In this document: positions 39,872 through 49,559 of the stretch, in pieces
Position numbering within the stretch: the stretch's first letter is position 1
Layout: every line of letters starts with the position of its first letter
Assembly: GCA_023269585.1 (NCBI GenBank)
Contig: JAHFTC010000007.1
Location: 226 to 64,225 of the forward strand
Source of the DNA: Opitutaceae bacterium
GTDB taxonomy: Bacteria > Verrucomicrobiota > Verrucomicrobiia > Opitutales > Opitutaceae
Length of the DNA stretch: 64,000 bases
Direction of reading: 5' to 3'
Program-made: the position numbers and the translations under genes
Notes under the pieces: generated by a model
The model's database searches: none
What the model saw: only the letters and a program-made list of their open reading frames with translations
Told to the model about the DNA's origin: nothing

Positions 39872-40987
39872 ATGAAAACCCCTCCCGTCTCTCCTTCCAC
39901 GCGTCGCTCGTTTCTGCGCCACCTCGCTCTCGGCACCGCCGGTCTCGCGCTCGGCGGTCGCGCCTTGGCTTCCGGTCTCGCCGCGGCGGGGGCGCCCGGC
40001 CGGAAACTCGGCGTCGCGCTCGTGGGCCTCGGCAGCTACGCCACCCACCAGCTCGCGCCGGCGTTGCTGGAATCCAAGTACTGCCGGCTCGCGGGCATTG
40101 TCACGGGCACACCGGAGAAGGCCGCGCGTTGGGCCCGCGACTACGCGTTGCCGGACGACTGCGTCTACGACTACGGCACGATGGACCGGCTCGCGGACAA
40201 TCCCGCGATCGATATCGTCTACGTGGTTACGCCGCCCGGACTGCACGCCGAGCACACGATCCGGGCGGCGCAGGCGGGCAAGCACGTCATCTGCGAGAAG
40301 CCGATGGCGGTCTCGGTCGCCGAGTGCGATGCGATGATCGCCGCGTGCCGCAAGGCGGGCGTGCATCTGTCGCTCGGATATCGGCTTCAGTACCACCCCA
40401 TGTGGCAGGAGTTGAAGCGACTGGTCCGAGTGCAGGAGTTCGGCGCGTTCAAGACAATGAGCGGCGGCTTCGGTTTCCGCCTCCGCGGCGGTGGCTGGCG
40501 CTTGGAGAAAAAACTCGCCGGCGGCGGAGCGCTCATGGACGTGGGTATCTACGTCGTCCAGGCGGCTTGTATGGCCGGCGGCGGTGCGCCCCTCGCGGTG
40601 ACGGCGAGCGAGCCGCCCAAGGTCCGGCCGGACGTGTTCAAGGAAGTCGACGAAACGATGGATTTCACGCTCGAGTTCGCCCACGGCGCGACCTGCGCCG
40701 GCACGACGAGCTACGAGATCAGTTCGAACCGGTTTCGCGCGGTGGCGCCGGAGGGATCCTTCGAGGTCGAACCGGCCTACAGCTACAACGGGCTCGTCGG
40801 CCGCACGAGCAAAGGCCCGCTCCCTTCGTCCTCCGCGCACCAGCAGGCGGCGCAGATCGACGGCATCGCCGAGGCCATCCTGGCGGGCACGCCTTCGCTG
40901 GTGCCGGGCGAGATGGGCCGCCGCGACATGCAGATCATCACCGCGCTCTACGAGGCAGCGCGCAACGGGCAGCGCGTGAGCCTCTGA
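39872..40987 (+). CDS. Gfo/Idh/MocA-family oxidoreductase with a Tat signal
   Basis: Twin-arginine motif TRRSFLRHLALG. Rossmann segment LGVALVGLGSYA. The ICEKPMA motif. Confidence 0.85.
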   Translation: MKTPPVSPSTRRSFLRHLALGTAGLALGGRALASGLAAAGAPGRKLGVALVGLGSYATHQLAPALLESKYCRLAGIVTGTPEKAARWARDYALPDDCVYDYGTMDRLADNPAIDIVYVVTPPGLHAEHTIRAAQAGKHVICEKPMAVSVAECDAMIAACRKAGVHLSLGYRLQYHPMWQELKRLVRVQEFGAFKTMSGGFGFRLRGGGWRLEKKLAGGGALMDVGIYVVQAACMAGGGAPLAVTASEPPKVRPDVFKEVDETMDFTLEFAHGATCAGTTSYEISSNRFRAVAPEGSFEVEPAYSYNGLVGRTSKGPLPSSSAHQQAAQIDGIAEAILAGTPSLVPGEMGRRDMQIITALYEAARNGQRVSL

Positions 40988-41349
40988 GCCGAGTATCCAG
41001 AGTGCTGGCTTGCGGCGAGCGTGGGGGCGGCGTGGAGCCGCCCACCGCGCGTGCGCCGCGGGCCCCTCATGGCTGGCGAATGCATCGGAGCGGAGTCCGG
41101 CCCGAAAATGGGGGGCGCTGCGCCGGGGCGTGGGGCACGCGCACGACCGAAGGGCATCGCCCGGAGGGCCGCACGACGGCGGGAGCGGCCCGGACCTGTT
41201 TGCAGAAAACGCCCAGGGACCTAGTCTTGCGCCATCGGGCAAACCCGAAACGACTGGATCGGTGGGGCGGTACGTGCCGATGGGTACGAACCCAGGAAAT
41301 TGAATTCCGTGCTCCCCGATCGAGCCGAAACACAGAACAACCTAGGACG

Positions 41350-42051
41350 ATGAAAACCAAGATTACGCTCTCAGTGCTGACGATTGCCAGCGCGTTGGTG
41401 CTCGCTGCTGGATGCGGAAAGACCGAGACAGCTGCGCCGCCGGCGGCGCCCAGTGCCCCGGCGCCGGCAGGTGATGCCGCCCCCGCGGCAGAGGCGACGG
41501 CTGAGGCCGCCCGGAAGTCCGAACTGGAAAAGGCCACGGAGGCGGCGAAGGCCGCCGAGGCACAGCTCAAGGCGGAAGCGGAAAAGGTGGCGCTGGCGGC
41601 GAAGACGGCCGAGGCGCAGCGGCGAGCGGAAGCCGATAAGGCGGCCGCCAAACTCGCGGAGGCCGAGAGGGTCGCGGCCATCGCTGTGGATGACGCAAAA
41701 GTGGCGGCCCAAAAACTCCAGGCCGACGCCGAGCAAGCGGCGACCGCGAAAGTCGCCGAAGCGAAGACGGCGACCGCTTCGCTCGCCCAGCAGGCGCTCA
41801 CCGTGCTGCAACAGCCCGGACAGATCGAGAAGCTGATCGCTTCCGCCAAGAATCTGACCGGTCAAAACAAGTACGCGGAGGCCCTGAAGATCGTGGCCGA
41901 GCTGGCGAAGCTCAAGCTGACCCCGGAGCAGCAGGCCATGGTGGATCAGGTGAGGCAGGTGGCGGAGCAACAGCTGGCCAAGGCCATGGCCGCCAAAGCG
42001 ACCGGTGCCGCCACGCAAGTCCGCGATGATGCGATGGGGGAAACGAAGTAG
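41350..42051 (+). CDS. Ala/Glu/Lys-rich lipoprotein (coiled-coil-like)
   Basis: Lipobox LVLAAGC after MKTKITLSVLTIASA, followed by a low-complexity helical sequence. Confidence 0.6.
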   Translation: MKTKITLSVLTIASALVLAAGCGKTETAAPPAAPSAPAPAGDAAPAAEATAEAARKSELEKATEAAKAAEAQLKAEAEKVALAAKTAEAQRRAEADKAAAKLAEAERVAAIAVDDAKVAAQKLQADAEQAATAKVAEAKTATASLAQQALTVLQQPGQIEKLIASAKNLTGQNKYAEALKIVAELAKLKLTPEQQAMVDQVRQVAEQQLAKAMAAKATGAATQVRDDAMGETK

Positions 42052-42248
42052 CCCAGCGCTTCGGCCCCGGCCCCCGCGCAGCATTTCGCCGTCCGGAAGG
42101 CGTAACAACCGAGAGCGGAAGGCGAAGCGGGGGCTTCCAGGCCTGGAGTTTGGAGTGTATTCGCGGCCTGGTTGTCTCCGGGGCCACGCGGGCCGGTGGT
42201 GGCAGCGAGGTCTGGTGCCGGGCGGGAAGTGCCCTGAGCGTCGGTCGC

Positions 42249-42571
42249 ATGACGCAATCGACTCCGAGGTTCTTCGCGCCGCCGGCTCAATTCGGAGCGT
42301 GGCTGGCGACGGACGCAGCGACCGCCACCGAGCTGATCGTGGGCTTCTGGAAGGTTGATTCCGGCGGCCGTGCATGACCTGGCCCGCATCCGTCGACGAG
42401 GCCCTTTGCTTCGGCTGGATCGATGGCGTGCGCCAACGCATCGACGAGCAGTCGTACCCGATCCGCTTCACCCCGCGCAGATCGGGTTCGACCTGGAGCG
42501 CGGTCAATCTCGCCAAGTTTGAAGGGCTGCAGGCCGCGAAGCGCACGAGCGTGGCGGGGGAGGCTGCGTTT
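42249..42571 (+). pseudogene. YdeI/OmdA-family (DUF1801-like) gene, frameshifted and 3'-truncated
   Basis: MTQSTPRFFAPPAQFGAWL...GFWKVDSGGRA stops at 42375-42377. The family hallmark VDEALCFGWIDGVRQRID...FTPRRSGSTWS continues in the -1 frame from 42374. Similarity is lost after about 42571. Confidence 0.6.
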
Positions 42572-42750
42572 GTCTGCCACCTGCTCCATCCTCGGCAGTC
42601 GGTCGTTGCCCCTTCCCCTCGCTTCCTGTCCGGGGTGTATCACCTAGTGCCCCTCTCGGGCTTCGCGAGTCGGTCTCAAGCTAGGAGGTGTGACGACCGA
42701 TGGCTGCGATGCCGGACTCCAACGCGTGCGCGTTTCCAGCCTCCATATCC

Positions 42751-43263
42751 ATGAAACTCCGTAGCGCTATCCTCATCGTCGATGATGAGCCCCACATCCG
42801 AAAGTTCCTTGGGATGATCCTGAAGGAGCTCGGCACGCCGACCATCTTGGAAGCCGGCAACGGAATTGAAGCCGTTGCGACCTACGCCCAACACCGCCCC
42901 GCGTTGGTGCTGATGGATATCAACATGCCGCAGATGGACGGGCTCCACGCCCTCGGCGAACTGCAGCGGCTGGATCCCGACGTTCGCGTCGTCATGCTCA
43001 CCTCCGTCGCCACGCGCCGGGCGGTGGAGGAGGCGATTGATCTCGGGGCTCTGTCTTTCGTGCGCAAGGACACTTCGCGGCAGAAGATCACCGCGCTGCT
43101 CGCCGAGATCATTCGCGATGGGGTTGAAACCGCCGACGCGCCGTTCACCAAGGATGCCTGGCGACGAGACGAGGCGATAACCGGAGAGGTATCGGCAGCA
43201 AAGGCCGGGTCTTCTCCCAGCCTAGGGGCCAACGGTCTCCTTGCGGTGTCCCCCCATGCATGA
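42751..43263 (+). CDS. stand-alone response regulator (receiver domain plus short tail)
   Basis: ILIVDDEPHIRKF ... LVLMDINMPQMDG ... VMLTS ... FVRKD. Start at ATG 42751. Confidence 0.85.
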   Translation: MKLRSAILIVDDEPHIRKFLGMILKELGTPTILEAGNGIEAVATYAQHRPALVLMDINMPQMDGLHALGELQRLDPDVRVVMLTSVATRRAVEEAIDLGALSFVRKDTSRQKITALLAEIIRDGVETADAPFTKDAWRRDEAITGEVSAAKAGSSPSLGANGLLAVSPHA

Positions 43264-44170
43264 GATCGAGATCACGGACATCCCTGCGCTGAGTCCCGGC
43301 GAGCAGGCGCTGCTGGAGATGCACGGGCTGATCAACGTGCTCAACGTGCTGCGTTGTGAACTCTCGCTCGTGGGCGAGGAGTTGGCCGGAGACAGTCGGC
43401 TGTTGGGCGATTCCTTGGCGGTTTGCGAAAGGATGCTGGAGGCCGTGGAGACACCCGAGAGCGCATGCGCGGAAGCGGCCCGCTGTGAGGAGTACGAGCG
43501 CACCATCCTTGGGGAGGTCGAGGCTCAGCTCGGGTTCGCCCGCAAGCCCCGTTCCGCGGCAATGGACGAATCCCTCGCCAACCTTTGCAGCATCTTCACC
43601 ATCCTCCGACTCCGCGCCCGGGAGCTTCTCGCCCGTTCGGCCGCGCCGGGCGGTTGGGAGCCAGTGGCTTTGGAGGAGCTGCGGGCGGATTACGTTCATT
43701 TCCTTGAAGCTGTCGCGAAGAACAGCCGCGGACGCTTCCGCATGTGTTTCAACCCGGCGCGCAAGGAGCCCGGCGACTACTATGTCGACCTTCGGCTCGA
43801 GGCGGCCGCCGGGAACACCGTCGGGATCCCCATCGGATTTCGCGATTCCTTCCGCGATCTTCTCGCCAATGCCCGGAAATACACCCCACCCGGAGGGCAC
43901 ATCACGGTGGCGCTGTTTGCCGACACCACCTCGATCCGGATCCTCGTCGAGGACACCGGGCGCGGCATACCCGAGGCTGAGTTGGCGACCGTGATGCACT
44001 ACGGCAAGCGCGCCAGCAACGTCGGCGACGTCCGCACGAAGGGCGGCGGTTTTGGACTCACGAAGGCCTTTCTGCTGACCAAACAATTCGGCGGTCGGTT
44101 CTGGATCGCGTCGGAGCTCGGCGTGGGGACCCGCATTCGCATCCAGATCCCCCGGCCGCCGGCGAATTGA
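43256..44170 (+). CDS. soluble histidine-kinase-like ATPase (HATPase_c, atypical dimerisation/H region)
   Basis: N box RDLLANARKY, G1 box VEDTGRGI and G2 box GGGFGLT. No TM segment and no canonical HExxxP H-box (closest is LEMHGLINVLNVL). The start overlaps the regulator stop by 8 nt. Confidence 0.7.
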   Translation: MHEIEITDIPALSPGEQALLEMHGLINVLNVLRCELSLVGEELAGDSRLLGDSLAVCERMLEAVETPESACAEAARCEEYERTILGEVEAQLGFARKPRSAAMDESLANLCSIFTILRLRARELLARSAAPGGWEPVALEELRADYVHFLEAVAKNSRGRFRMCFNPARKEPGDYYVDLRLEAAAGNTVGIPIGFRDSFRDLLANARKYTPPGGHITVALFADTTSIRILVEDTGRGIPEAELATVMHYGKRASNVGDVRTKGGGFGLTKAFLLTKQFGGRFWIASELGVGTRIRIQIPRPPAN

Positions 44171-44308
44171 GCGGAGCGGGAAGGCGATTGGAGCACGGAC
44201 GATAGAAGGGAACGAAGGGAAGGAAGGTGGAGGACGGACGGCGTACTCTTCTTCGGCAAGACCTCCGGACGGTTTGCGGTTCTGTCCTACTCGCACGCTC
44301 TGCTAGGA

Positions 44309-44653
44309 GTGGCGAAGCAACGCGACCTTGAGCATCACCCCAAGGTGGGTGCGTCATGGGAAGGGTATGCTGTCGAGGAGGTGCTCAAGGCGCTGCGACC
44401 CGACGAAGCCTATTACTGGGCGACGCACAACGGCGCGGAGATCGACCTGGTGCTTTTCAAGTTCGGCCGGCGCATCGGAGCCGAGTGCAAGCGCGCCGAC
44501 GCAACCGTACTCACGCCCTCGATGCGCATCGCCCTCGCCGATCCGAAGCTCGACGCGCTGTACGTCGTGTACCCCGGCGAGAAACGCTACCCGCTGGCGA
44601 AGAAGGTCGAGGTCGTGTCGCTGGCGGAGTTGGTGGGCACCGGCGAGGGGTGA
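44309..44653 (+). pseudogene. 3' fragment of a DUF4143-type AAA ATPase gene
   Basis: HHPKVGASWEGYAVEEVL ... YYWATHNGAEIDLVL ... GAECKRADA ... LYVVYPGEKRYPL matches only the C-terminal DUF4143 part. The AAA half is missing and is replaced upstream by mosaic-repeat sequence. Confidence 0.6.
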
Positions 44654-45064
44654 GGGTGCGACGAGTGGTGAGCGGCGCCCCCGCGCCCCCCGGCCGACAG
44701 GCGGCTGGGCCGATGGGGAGTGGGGTCTCTTCACACCGCCTTCGGCGGGCCAGCTCGTCAGCTTGCGGAGCGCCCCTGGCGGATCGGGGGACGGGCCGGA
44801 ACCACAGAGATTCTGGTTTGCCCCGTTTCTCCGGCGGTTTCTGGCGGCCAATCTGCCGTCCGCACCGGGACGGATACTCCGCCCTCGGGTCGAGCTGAAG
44901 GGGAGTAGGGCGGGGGGGCTTCCAGAGTTCTCGCATCCCTGGCCGGCCGCAGCCGCTGCCCGCCCCGCCGAAGCCATTGGTGGCGCGAATCGACCCTTGG
45001 GCCGAAACAGTTGGTCGCGAAGGGCTCGGCGGTATTCAATCACTCCAGCAACCCTTCCGATCCC

Positions 45065-45481
45065 ATGATCCGACCAAATCTGTTCCGCTGGTTGAGCCTG
45101 CCGACCGGCCTCCTGTATCTGTGGCTCTTCTACCAGCTGCTCTTCACCCCGGCCCAGATGCTGCAGGGCTTCGGCGTCGGCACCGAGCCGCACGCGGTGT
45201 TCCTCGCGCAGCGGATCTCGGTCCTGATGCTGGGGTTCGCTGTCCTGCTGTTGCTATCGCTCGGGCTGCCGCGGTCGACGGCGCGGGCGGTGATCGCGGC
45301 GGCCGTCTCGGTGAACATGGCGGGCTTCGCGATCAACAGTCTTTGGGGCGCCACCCACGGCATCCTGACCGACAATGCCATCCCGGTGATCGGCGGTATC
45401 GAGGCCTTCATCGCCGTAGGTTACGGCCTCATCGCCGTGACCGATCTTCTGAAGTCGCGAGGATCGGTTGAGGATCGGTAG
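45065..45481 (+). CDS. small integral membrane protein (about 4 TM segments)
   Basis: 138-aa hydrophobic ORF from ATG 45065. No family recognised with confidence. Confidence 0.55.
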   Translation: MIRPNLFRWLSLPTGLLYLWLFYQLLFTPAQMLQGFGVGTEPHAVFLAQRISVLMLGFAVLLLLSLGLPRSTARAVIAAAVSVNMAGFAINSLWGATHGILTDNAIPVIGGIEAFIAVGYGLIAVTDLLKSRGSVEDR

Positions 45482-45484
45482 GTG

Positions 45485-45522
45485 CCGGGGCGGCGTCCTC
45501 ACAGAGGAGGGAACCGCCCCGC
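45485..45522. terminator. hairpin between convergent genes (candidate bidirectional terminator)
   Basis: Outer stem cggggcgg/ccgccccg encloses an inner stem cctc/gagg. There is no clear U-tract. Confidence 0.3.
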
Positions 45523-45576
45523 CGCGGAAAGGAGGGCGGCGAGCTTGTTGTTCGCCGCGACGTGGCTGCGGCGGCC

Positions 45577-47076
45577 CTATTTGGCCTTGAGCAGGCCGCG
45601 GAAGACGTTCTCGCCCGGATACGGCACGCAGTCCGGGTTCGGCGTGAAGACCTCGGCGAGGCCCAGCAGCTTGAACGCATCGAAGAGGGCGGCGCCGCAA
45701 TGCGAGAACGCGACGGCGGCGTGGTGGTGGAAGCGGCCGAGCAGGACGTGGCGGTAGAAGCGGTTGAAACCCGGGAGGTAAGCGGTGCCGGTGGCGCCGA
45801 AGGTCATCGGGTCGAGGTCGAGGAAGTGGCCTTCCATGATGTAGGCGCGCATCTTGTCGCCCACGCCGTGCACCTGCACCACGGTGATCGGCGAGCCGAT
45901 GAACTGGCCCTCGAGCGTGCCGCGGGTGATGTCCGCGGGTGTGTTCGGCTCCATCAGGCGCTTCATGATCACCTGGTATTTCATCTCCGGATTCTTGAGC
46001 AGCTTGGGCGCCGCGTTGCCGCAGTGGAACATGCCGACCATGTCCTTGATCGGATAGTCCTTGAGGCTGGCGTGGAGGTTCTTCGGGATGCTGTGGTTGA
46101 TGTCGAGCACGGCCACGGCGTTGTCGGAGGCGTACTGCGCCATCAGCTCGGCGATGAGCGAGTAGGCGTCGTTCTCGCAGGCGATCGGGAAACCGGCCTG
46201 GGCCATGCGGCCGTTGATGTAGCAGGGCACGTGCTTGAGGCTGAACTCCTGCTCGCTCCAGCACTGCGAGGCCGCGCCGGAGAGCTTGAGGCGCTCGCGG
46301 AAGTTGCGCATCGCCTTCTCATAGGTCGAGAGGCGGCCGACGAACTCGGTGTCGGCCGGGATGCTCGGGGTTTCCTGTTTCATCGCGGAGGCGATCTCGC
46401 CGGCGCCCTCGGCCGACTTGATCTTCGCGATCTCGTTCTGGAGATCGAACAGGCCGAGTTCCTCGACCTCGACGCCGATCGAGTTCACCGAGGCGAGGTT
46501 GTAGTTGCAGGTCTCGAAGTCGCGCGGGCGCGGTCCGAAGAGCCCGATCGTGGCGTTGCGCACGCCCTTCACGATCTTCGCGATGGAGAGGAAGTGTTTG
46601 ATCTCGGCCACGCCCTCCTCGGGGCTCACGATCGGGGCTTCGGGCACGTGGACCTTGTCGAGCAGGCCGCGCTTGCTCACGCCGAGCATGGCGGAGAGCA
46701 GGCCGCACAGGGCGTCGCCACGTTTCTGCAACAACGAGGAGGCGGACTCCTCGGCGGCGGCGATGATCATCACCGGGCCGTCGAAATTCCTGATGAAGCA
46801 GGCGTCCTCGATTTCCGGGGAGAAGTTCCCGAGGAAGAGCACCGCGGCGTCGCAGCCAGCGGTCTTGAGCTGGGCGGCGGCCTCGGTCGCGTGGTCCTTG
46901 GTCTCGATGATCGCGCAATCGCCCTGCGGGGTGGTGAGCACCAGACCGGCGGCGGTGGCGGACTGCACGAGCCGCGCGGTGCGCTCCGCGGACAAGGCGC
47001 GCGGGAAGCAGTTGCGCGAGGCCGAGACGAGGCCGAGTTTGATTTCGGGCGAATAGGTACCGAGTGGCAGATGCAT
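45577..47076 (-). CDS. L-fucose/L-arabinose isomerase-family protein
   Basis: 499 aa from ATG 47076. Layout and blocks (LFLGNFSPE, GLFGPRPRDFETC, MFHCGN) resemble FucI-like sugar isomerases. Confidence 0.7.
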   Translation of the reverse strand: MHLPLGTYSPEIKLGLVSASRNCFPRALSAERTARLVQSATAAGLVLTTPQGDCAIIETKDHATEAAAQLKTAGCDAAVLFLGNFSPEIEDACFIRNFDGPVMIIAAAEESASSLLQKRGDALCGLLSAMLGVSKRGLLDKVHVPEAPIVSPEEGVAEIKHFLSIAKIVKGVRNATIGLFGPRPRDFETCNYNLASVNSIGVEVEELGLFDLQNEIAKIKSAEGAGEIASAMKQETPSIPADTEFVGRLSTYEKAMRNFRERLKLSGAASQCWSEQEFSLKHVPCYINGRMAQAGFPIACENDAYSLIAELMAQYASDNAVAVLDINHSIPKNLHASLKDYPIKDMVGMFHCGNAAPKLLKNPEMKYQVIMKRLMEPNTPADITRGTLEGQFIGSPITVVQVHGVGDKMRAYIMEGHFLDLDPMTFGATGTAYLPGFNRFYRHVLLGRFHHHAAVAFSHCGAALFDAFKLLGLAEVFTPNPDCVPYPGENVFRGLLKAK

Positions 47077-47345
47077 GGCGGGATTGGGGGTGGCGGGAAT
47101 CCGGGTGGAAGCGGTGGAGCGTCGTCTATCGATTGTCCAAGGACACTTGTTGCGGAGCGTTGGGTTCTGGCCGGCGAGCGCAAACCTCGGTGAACACGGC
47201 CGCGCTCTAACAATAGAGTCTCGGCTCCTTTCCACTCCCTGGAATTCAGAAACTTCCAACCTGACCCCTGTTGACTCCTCGGAAAGGCGCGGAGAAGCGG
47301 AGGGCGGCCCGCGGATGGCGAGGACGGCTGGTTGGACGAGCGGGC

Positions 47346-49421
47346 TCACCAGCTCTGGGCGACGCCCAAGCGGATCTGGCGCGGCGGGCCGAGGGCGACC
47401 AGGCCGTCCGCAGTGCGCGCGGTCTCAATGCGGGCGGAGGCGAGATGCTCAAGGGCGAGGGTGACTCGGCGGCCGGGCTGGAGCGTCCAGACCAGCGCCA
47501 GGTCCGCGGAGAGGAACGGCGCCAGGCGCAGTCGGTTCTCGTCGTCTTCGAACTGGGCCGAGGCGGCGCGCGCGGTGGCATGGAAGCTCCAGGACGCATT
47601 CCAGCGCCAATCCGCGCGAAGGGAGGCGTTGTGCCGGGGCACTTGCGCGAGACGTTTCCCGACCAGCGACGGGGCGACGGAGGCGCGACGCACCGTGCCG
47701 TCCGAGAGCAGGTAGTCGAGGGTGAGCTTCAGGGCGCGGGTCGGTTCCCAAGAGAGCCGTGCCTCAAGGCCGCGGGAGCGGACACGGTCCAAGTTGAGGC
47801 GCTGGCGTTGCGTCAATGCCGGTGTGGACGAGAGGGTGACGTTGGCGACCGCGTTGCTGAGCACCGTTTCGAATACGCCCGCGGACAGCTGCCAGCCGGG
47901 GCGGGTGAAGTCGACGCCGAGGTCGGCGGTGGTGGCGGTCTCGACGCCCAACTCCGGGTTGGCCTCGGTGGCAACGGATCCGACGCGAAACGGGCGGTAG
48001 TATTCGTTCAACGTCGGAACCCGAAAGCCGCGGTAGGCGGCGGCGCGGAGGCGCAGCGAATCGCTGGCGCGCCAAACCAGACCGGCGGAGGGGCTGAACT
48101 GCGCGCCGTGCCGGTCGGGGTAGCGGTCTTCGCGGAGAGTGTCGCCAGTGGTCCGTGACCGTTCGTTGCGATGGCCGGCGCCGTTGCTCCAATGGTCGGC
48201 GCGGAGCGAGAGGAAGGCATCCAGAGTTGGACCAATCGGCTGCGAGTGGGCGAGGAAGGCGCCGGCGACCCACTGTTCGCCTCCAGCGAAGCGACGGCGC
48301 TGGAAGGTGCCGGCGCTGAAGAGGAAGTCTTCGCGCGTTTCGCCCGAGACCCAGCGCAGATCCGTGCCGGCGGAAGTGACGGCGCCGCCGGTGTGGGTGA
48401 AAGTGGCGACGAGCGCGCCGCCGAGCGCGGAGGCGGGCACGTCGAACTGGTCGAGGGCGGGGGTCTCGATCGCGCGGGTGGCGGCGACGGTGCTGAAGGT
48501 GCTGGAGAAGTGCTGACGTTGGGCGTACGCGAGAAGGTCGAGCGAGAGTTGCTCGCCCAGCGGGCCGGCGAGGTGAAGGCGGGCGGCGGACTCGCGGGAG
48601 GAGTTGCGTTGCAAATCGGTGCCATTGCCCCGCGACTCGGCGAAGAGGCGGGCGCCGGTCCCGAGCCGCCAGCCGGAGGGCAGGGCGAGGGAGTAGTCGG
48701 CAACGAGCAGTTGGTGGCGGGAATCGAGCGAGCGGTCCACCGGGCCGCGTTGCTCGGGGGAGAACTGATGGTAGCCGTCGGTCGAAAACAAGCGGCCGGC
48801 CACCCGCAGGGCGGAGTCGCGGCCCAGGTCGGTGGTCGCCGTCGCTTCGAGGCGGTGGGTGGAATGATCGGCGATCTCGGCCGCGACGGTATTAGCGCTT
48901 TCGGTTGGCGCCTCGGTCAGGAGTTGGACGACTCCGCCCAGTGCAGCATTGCCCCATACGGCCGAACCTCCGCCGCGCACGAGTTCGGCCCCGGCGAGCG
49001 AAAGGCGTGGGATCTTCGACCACGCGATCCAGCCCCCGAAAGGGTCGTTGAGCGGCACGCCGTCGAGGAGCACGAGCGAGCGGCTCGCACCGCTGGGACC
49101 GAGGCCGCGGAGGGATACTCCTTGCGCCGTGGGGTGGGCGGTGAGGCTGCTGGTGCGGCGGAAGAGGGAGAACGCAGCGGAACCGCGCAGGGCGTCGTCG
49201 AGGGTGAGGGCGGGCGTTTCCGCGATGGCGGCGGCGGCAAAGGCGTCGGTGGCGAACGGCGCGCGAGCGGCCGGAAGCGGTGTCCGCGTGGCGGTGACGA
49301 TGAATACCGGGAGCTCAACCGGGGCGGCGTCGGGGTCGGTGGATTCAGGGGCGGACGCGGCGTGGGCCGCGGTGAGGGCTGCCGCGAATAGCGGCAGCCC
49401 GAGTGACCGGAGGGGGTGCAC
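47346..49421 (-). CDS. TonB-dependent receptor
   Basis: Signal peptide, TonB box and plug (PVFIVTATRTP, VSLRGLGPSGASRSLVLLDGVPLNDPFGG), a long beta-barrel and a terminal aromatic residue (W). Probable GTG start at 49421; the maximal ORF extends to 49493. Confidence 0.85.
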   Translation of the reverse strand: MHPLRSLGLPLFAAALTAAHAASAPESTDPDAAPVELPVFIVTATRTPLPAARAPFATDAFAAAAIAETPALTLDDALRGSAAFSLFRRTSSLTAHPTAQGVSLRGLGPSGASRSLVLLDGVPLNDPFGGWIAWSKIPRLSLAGAELVRGGGSAVWGNAALGGVVQLLTEAPTESANTVAAEIADHSTHRLEATATTDLGRDSALRVAGRLFSTDGYHQFSPEQRGPVDRSLDSRHQLLVADYSLALPSGWRLGTGARLFAESRGNGTDLQRNSSRESAARLHLAGPLGEQLSLDLLAYAQRQHFSSTFSTVAATRAIETPALDQFDVPASALGGALVATFTHTGGAVTSAGTDLRWVSGETREDFLFSAGTFQRRRFAGGEQWVAGAFLAHSQPIGPTLDAFLSLRADHWSNGAGHRNERSRTTGDTLREDRYPDRHGAQFSPSAGLVWRASDSLRLRAAAYRGFRVPTLNEYYRPFRVGSVATEANPELGVETATTADLGVDFTRPGWQLSAGVFETVLSNAVANVTLSSTPALTQRQRLNLDRVRSRGLEARLSWEPTRALKLTLDYLLSDGTVRRASVAPSLVGKRLAQVPRHNASLRADWRWNASWSFHATARAASAQFEDDENRLRLAPFLSADLALVWTLQPGRRVTLALEHLASARIETARTADGLVALGPPRQIRLGVAQSW

Positions 49422-49456
49422 AGCTTGGGCTATTTGGCGGAGGGGGCCGAAGAGCG

Positions 49457-49549
49457 TCAGGGGCTTTCCTCCAGCGCCTTCTCGATTTCCCACTGCTGGC
49501 TCGCAGGGAGTTTCGCGATGGCGGCTTCAATCTCGGTGACGGTACTCAT
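49457..49549 (-). CDS. 30-aa mini-ORF resembling the N-terminus of an addiction-module antitoxin component
   Basis: MSTVTEIEAAIAKLPASQQWEIEKALEESP. Not in the ORF track because it is shorter than 60 aa. Possibly a remnant. Confidence 0.2.
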   Translation of the reverse strand: MSTVTEIEAAIAKLPASQQWEIEKALEESP

Positions 49550-49559
49550 GGCGGCGACG

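Noticed and set aside
40129-41349. The 5' 400 codons of ORF 40129..42051.
   Set aside because: This is an out-of-frame read-through of the oxidoreductase gene and its downstream spacer. Only the part from ATG 41350, which has a lipoprotein signal, looks genuine.
44654-45064. 410-bp gap before the membrane-protein gene, containing a G7 tract at 44912-44918, as a possible ncRNA or riboswitch.
   Set aside because: I could not recognise any known riboswitch core or a stable conserved structure by eye. It is left unannotated.
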